DNA of 64,000 nucleotides, taken from the NCBI GenBank assembly GCA_039090665.1, contig JAWCSL010000001.1, forward strand, positions 32,001 to 96,000, in the 5' to 3' direction. Shown here in pieces: positions 59,762 through 64,000 of the stretch. A program made the translations under genes and the position numbers. Source of the DNA: Candidatus Aenigmatarchaeota archaeon (GTDB lineage Archaea > Aenigmatarchaeota > Aenigmatarchaeia > CG10238-14 > SCSR01). Numbering within the stretch: position 1 is the stretch's first letter; the number at the start of each line of letters is the position of its first letter. The notes under the pieces were generated by a model that saw nothing but the letters and a program-made list of their open reading frames with translations, had not been told where the DNA came from and did not search any database.

Positions 59762-60736
59762 TTAAACAGGTACTAACATGCAAACATTGTTAACGCATTT
59801 TATTCTTAAATTACCAGCAATTCCTGTACAAAAGTCTGGACACTGTTTTGAAGTATCAATAAAAATTTTATTTCCATAAGCACATTTTCCAGTTTGTTTA
59901 TCTACTCCACATGCACAATCTTCGTCACTATTGCAGGCCATTTTTTGAATTTCTGAAGGTAATCCTGGAATTTCACTTTCACAAGCTTTTAAATCATCCT
60001 TGGTGAAATTCGGTAGGCCTCCGTCCATTCCAAAATTGGTTAAAGTAATTGATCTTTTTGTTTTGTCAATTGTTTCACTATTCATCACAAGATAAGTCGG
60101 CACTTCTCCTGAAAGCCAAAGTTCATTGATGATTTTATTTCCTTCAAAAATAGTTTCTCTTCTAAATTTGTAAACTTCGATTTGTTTCCCCGATTCTAAA
60201 GTTATTTTTTCTTTACTCACAAAATTCCATTCAGAAGTATCAACACTATATTCATTTTCTAAATTCTTTCTAGAAAATTCTTCATAAGGTAAGCCACTAA
60301 TAGTTGCTGGCAATTGTTTTGAACAAACAATCGGAGCTCCCTTTATTTTCATTAGATAAATTGTTTCATTTTTTTCTGGATGTAACAAAAGGGCAAATGT
60401 AAAGCTCTCAATACCACTTTCCTCTTTTCCATCTAACTCGATTCCAATATGTTCTTCACCTTGAATTGAAAGAGAAATAAGCTTAACTAACAATTTCCCA
60501 ATTTTTTGAGTTGTTGTTCCCCCTTCAATTTTTACACCATACCCTTCAATTTTATATTCCGACCAAGCTTCTCTTTTGAAACCAACTCCCTTAATTTTAA
60601 GAATATTTTCTGGTGTTATGCTACCTTCTAGAGGTATATACTCCTTGTCTCTTTGAGCCCCTTTAAATAAAAAAACCACTCCTATCAATGAAAGAGCAAT
60701 TATTCCAATTAAAATTAAAACGAAATTTTTAAACAT
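59762..60736 (-). CDS. N-anchored surface protein with C-terminal Cys cluster
   Basis: N-terminal TM; CNSDEDCACG..CPDFC..CVNNVC. Confidence 0.7.
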   Translation of the reverse strand: MFKNFVLILIGIIALSLIGVVFLFKGAQRDKEYIPLEGSITPENILKIKGVGFKREAWSEYKIEGYGVKIEGGTTTQKIGKLLVKLISLSIQGEEHIGIELDGKEESGIESFTFALLLHPEKNETIYLMKIKGAPIVCSKQLPATISGLPYEEFSRKNLENEYSVDTSEWNFVSKEKITLESGKQIEVYKFRRETIFEGNKIINELWLSGEVPTYLVMNSETIDKTKRSITLTNFGMDGGLPNFTKDDLKACESEIPGLPSEIQKMACNSDEDCACGVDKQTGKCAYGNKIFIDTSKQCPDFCTGIAGNLRIKCVNNVCMLVPV

Positions 60737-60790
60737 ACTATAGATAATTACTTGTCAAAATTTAAAAATTTATTCAAGTGGGGAAAAATT

Positions 60791-62056
60791 TCACTTTTCT
60801 TCCAAAAGCCACTTCCACAAAGGCTTGAAAACAATTTTTTTATTCTTCACTTTTAACTCATCTTCATAATCCCAAGTTATTATCAAAAGATCTTTACATT
60901 TCAATTCTTCACTTGCTTTAATCAAAGCCTTTATTTCCCTTTTTTCAATCTCATCTTTTCCAGAAGCATAAGTAACTTGAATCAACTGCTTTATTTTCAA
61001 TCCCTCCTTCAACACAAAATCAACTTCCCCACTCAAAGCACTAAAATAATAAATTTCACAATTCTTAAACCTTCTTTTAAGTTCAAGAAAGACAACATTT
61101 TCCATCAACCTCCCCCAGTCTGTAGAAAATCTTGGAGAAAAGAATTTTATTAAACCATTATCCACAACATAAACTTTTTTCTGTGTTTTTATAGTTTCTT
61201 TTACTTTTCTTTCAAACTTTTCAACAGAAAAAATCAAGAAAACGTCTTCCAGCATTTTTATAAACTCTATTACAGTATTTTTTGAAATTTTAATCCCAGA
61301 AGATGTTAATATGTTTTGCAGCTTGGAATAAGTGTAGTAAGAAGAAAAATTTGAAACCAAAACTTTTGTCAAGAATTCAAGCGTCTTAATTTTTTTCACT
61401 TTAAACCTTTCAACTATATCCTTGTAAAAAACACCATCTTTTATCGAAATTAGTAAATCTTGATGAAGATGTGGCTTAAGAACAGTTTCTGGAAAACCTC
61501 CTTTTTCAATATATTCGTTTAGCATTTTAAGCAAACCCCCCCTTTCGGTATAAATTGAAAACTTATCTTCTTTAAATTTCTTGGCTCTGAGAAATTCCTT
61601 GAAAGAAAAAGGAAAAACAAAAACACTTACAGCCCTTCCCCTCAATTGAGTAGCAATTTCTTTGCTCAAAAGCTTTGAAGAAGAACCTGTGAGAAAAATT
61701 CTGTAGCCTTTGTCATAAAGTTCTCTAATACCAATTGGCCAATCTTTCACAACTTGTATTTCATCCAAAAACAAATTTTTTGGTTTTTCTCCATAAAGTT
61801 CTTGATATGCAGCAATCATATCATTGAAATTTTTGGCAGATGCGCCAATTAAGTTTCCTCTTTCAAAATTTATGAAAAGGCAATCTTTCTTACCCATTTC
61901 CTTAATTTTTTGATAGAGCAAGTAAGTTTTTCCACTTCTTCTAGGCCCAACTATTGTTACAAGGTTATGCTCAGGAATTTCTATTTCCCTCTCTACCAAA
62001 TCAGGAAGTTCAGATTTTTCGAATTCTGCTATAGCCGCCTTGAATTCCTCTTTCAT
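60791..62056 (-). CDS. AAA+ ATPase with DUF4143/PD-(D/E)XK-like C-terminus
   Basis: GPRRSGKT, LDEIQ, TGSS, GGFP, ENVV, EVDF. Confidence 0.9.
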   Translation of the reverse strand: MKEEFKAAIAEFEKSELPDLVEREIEIPEHNLVTIVGPRRSGKTYLLYQKIKEMGKKDCLFINFERGNLIGASAKNFNDMIAAYQELYGEKPKNLFLDEIQVVKDWPIGIRELYDKGYRIFLTGSSSKLLSKEIATQLRGRAVSVFVFPFSFKEFLRAKKFKEDKFSIYTERGGLLKMLNEYIEKGGFPETVLKPHLHQDLLISIKDGVFYKDIVERFKVKKIKTLEFLTKVLVSNFSSYYTYSKLQNILTSSGIKISKNTVIEFIKMLEDVFLIFSVEKFERKVKETIKTQKKVYVVDNGLIKFFSPRFSTDWGRLMENVVFLELKRRFKNCEIYYFSALSGEVDFVLKEGLKIKQLIQVTYASGKDEIEKREIKALIKASEELKCKDLLIITWDYEDELKVKNKKIVFKPLWKWLLEEK

Positions 62057-62346
62057 AATGTATAGTATAGTGGACAAATATTTAAATTTTTGTCTAATAT
62101 ATTATTAGGTTATTTCTCTTCCAAAAGCCACTTCCACAAAGGCTTGAAAACAATTTTTTTATTCTTCACTTTTAACTCATCTTCATAATCCCAAGTTATT
62201 ATCAAAAGATCTTTACATTTCAATTCTTCACTTGCTTTAATCAAAGCCTTTATTTCCCTTTTTTCAATCTCATCTTTTCCAGAAGCATAAGTAACTTGAA
62301 TCAACTGCTTTATTTTCAATCCCTCCTTCAACACAAAATCAACTTC
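60798..62346. repeat. 230-bp identical direct repeat (60798-61027 and 62117-62346)
   Basis: Base-by-base reading shows identity over the 3' ends of the two ATPase genes. Confidence 0.93.
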
Positions 62347-63423
62347 ATTCTGCTGATAATCTTTAAAATAGAAAATCTCCACCAAGGGATTTATAAAACT
62401 TTGTTTTTTAAGTTCAACAGCTACTAAATTCTCAATTATTTTTCCAATATTTTCACTAAACCTCAAACCTATTGCATTTGCTAATCCTATATCAGTGCAA
62501 TAAACTTTTCTTGGAGATTTTTCTACTTCTTTAACCTTTTTAGAAAATCTTGAAACAAAAAATATCAAAAAACTTTCTTCCATGTAGCTGGAGAATTTTT
62601 CTATTGTATCTGCTGTTATCTTTAAAGAATCTTCTAGTGAGGTATATGTTATTGGATTAGAAATGTTAGTAAGATAAAATCTTGCCAAGCTTATAAGTTC
62701 TCTAACTTTTTTAATTCTGTATCTTAAAACAATATCCTTTGTTATTATATCTTCAAAATAGTTCAATAAAATTTCTTTCTTGCTTGTTGAAAGTACAACT
62801 TCGGGAAAGCCACCAAACTCACAATATTCTCTTACTAAAGATTTTATTTCAATTTTCTTATTAATCAAATCCAACTTATCTTTTATCTCTAAATTTTTAA
62901 AGCTGAGAAATTCTTTGAAATCCAAAGGAAAAATTATTAAGTCCAAATGCCTACCAGTTAGCAAGCTTGCTAAGCTACTTTTCAAAAGTTTTGATGTTGA
63001 CCCAGAAATTATAATTTTACATTTTCGCAATTCTTGAAATGTTCTTACCCATCTTTCCCAATTTTCAACTTTATGCACTTCATCCAAAAAAATATATGGC
63101 TTGGACTTTGGTTTAATAAATTCTAAATAAGTTTCAAAAATCTCATCTAAAAGTTCTATCGAAAAATCTGTAAATCTTCTGTCCTCGAAGTTCACTATTA
63201 GAATTTCTCTTGGGTCTATTCCTTCTTCAATTAAATTCTTTGCTATTTGCATCATTAAAAAGGATTTACCTGCTCTTCTCACACCTATTAAAGCAATTAC
63301 CATATTCGTTTTAAGAAATCTTTTAACCTTTTCTAAGTATTTTTTTCTAAGTATACCAGTATCCATATCTTTTTTCCAGAAGTTCCAGTCCATTAAAATT
63401 TCCAAAATTTCTTCTTTTTTCAT
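62110..63423 (-). CDS. AAA+ ATPase with DUF4143/PD-(D/E)XK-like C-terminus
   Basis: GVRRAGKS, LDEVH, SGST, GGFP, ENLV, EVDF. Confidence 0.9.
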   Translation of the reverse strand: MKKEEILEILMDWNFWKKDMDTGILRKKYLEKVKRFLKTNMVIALIGVRRAGKSFLMMQIAKNLIEEGIDPREILIVNFEDRRFTDFSIELLDEIFETYLEFIKPKSKPYIFLDEVHKVENWERWVRTFQELRKCKIIISGSTSKLLKSSLASLLTGRHLDLIIFPLDFKEFLSFKNLEIKDKLDLINKKIEIKSLVREYCEFGGFPEVVLSTSKKEILLNYFEDIITKDIVLRYRIKKVRELISLARFYLTNISNPITYTSLEDSLKITADTIEKFSSYMEESFLIFFVSRFSKKVKEVEKSPRKVYCTDIGLANAIGLRFSENIGKIIENLVAVELKKQSFINPLVEIFYFKDYQQNEVDFVLKEGLKIKQLIQVTYASGKDEIEKREIKALIKASEELKCKDLLIITWDYEDELKVKNKKIVFKPLWKWLLEEK

Positions 63424-63510
63424 ATACCTAACTTATTAGTCAAAATATTTAAATTTTGACGAGTATGAAAGGTAAAATTTAGTAACTCTTTTTTATCTCT
63501 CATTGAAAAT

Positions 63511-63601
63511 TCTATTTTTCTTTCCAAATTTCTTTCTTCCAAATATCCTTTCTCGATTACAAACCACTCAGCAGGCAAGTTTGCAAGCATAACTATGAAT
63601 T
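63511..63601 (-). pseudogene. Duplicated 5' fragment of the DRG-like GTPase gene
   Basis: Near-identical to 59557-59647; encodes MLANLPAEWFVIEKGYLEERNLERKIE then diverges. Confidence 0.85.
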
Positions 63602-63732
63602 GTTGAATGAAATGTTAATTTCTTGTAGTCTTTAAAAGAGCCTGCGGATTCCTCCACGGATTCCCTCGCTCCCCTCCTCTTCTATGGGAGATGTTGGTTT
63701 AAGATATATTTTGCAATAAATTTCTTCGGATT

Positions 63733-63990
63733 TTAAGGATATACATATGGAACACTATCTTCTCCAACATTATGGTAAGCATCAAATTCCATTCCACTAA
63801 TTTTATGAATTATATGTTGTATTGGCTTCTCTTGAGGAATAATCTTTATTCCTTTCTTTCCATCTAACATTATCCACATTTTTTGCTCAGGAACTATCAT
63901 CAAATACATATTTAACTGGTCAAGTAAATTTTTCGCTCTTTCTAACTCATCATCATAGGAAACTACGAATTCAGCAAGCTTGTAATCCAT
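63733..63990 (-). CDS. Hypothetical protein
   Basis: 85-aa ORF at window edge. Confidence 0.45.
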   Translation of the reverse strand: MDYKLAEFVVSYDDELERAKNLLDQLNMYLMIVPEQKMWIMLDGKKGIKIIPQEKPIQHIIHKISGMEFDAYHNVGEDSVPYVYP

Positions 63991-64000
63991 ATGATCCCAC

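Overview
AT-rich archaeal window (archaeal histone, TFB, aIF5A/DHS, Nob1, BHB-processed rRNAs). The gene content and unlinked rRNA genes suggest a DPANN lineage, possibly Aenigmarchaeota-like (inference only). It holds a GC-rich 16S rRNA with 3 short bulge-helix-bulge (BHB) introns, a separately promoted 23S rRNA with 5 BHB introns, tRNA-Met (intron), tRNA-His, tRNA-Ala, a Ku + ATP-dependent ligase pair, an uncharacterised nucleotidyltransferase-HEPN/TIM-barrel cluster, a type I CRISPR-Cas locus of mixed I-A/I-B layout (30 repeats) and several decayed or duplicated genes. Main discovery: most of the ORF-less rRNA introns and the tRNA-Met intron are not empty hairpins. They carry box C/D (or H/ACA-like) motifs next to 7-11 nt antisense elements matching this organism's own 16S, 23S or tRNA. 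The N+5 rule points at sites such as tRNA-Met C34 and 23S C1920, so they look like intron-encoded modification guides. Two more C/D sRNAs sit in the 23S leader. The spliced rRNAs also carry unusual substitutions in the decoding centre and peptidyl-transferase centre. All E. coli-equivalent numbers are hand alignments (about +/-1-2 nt); no search or folding program was run.
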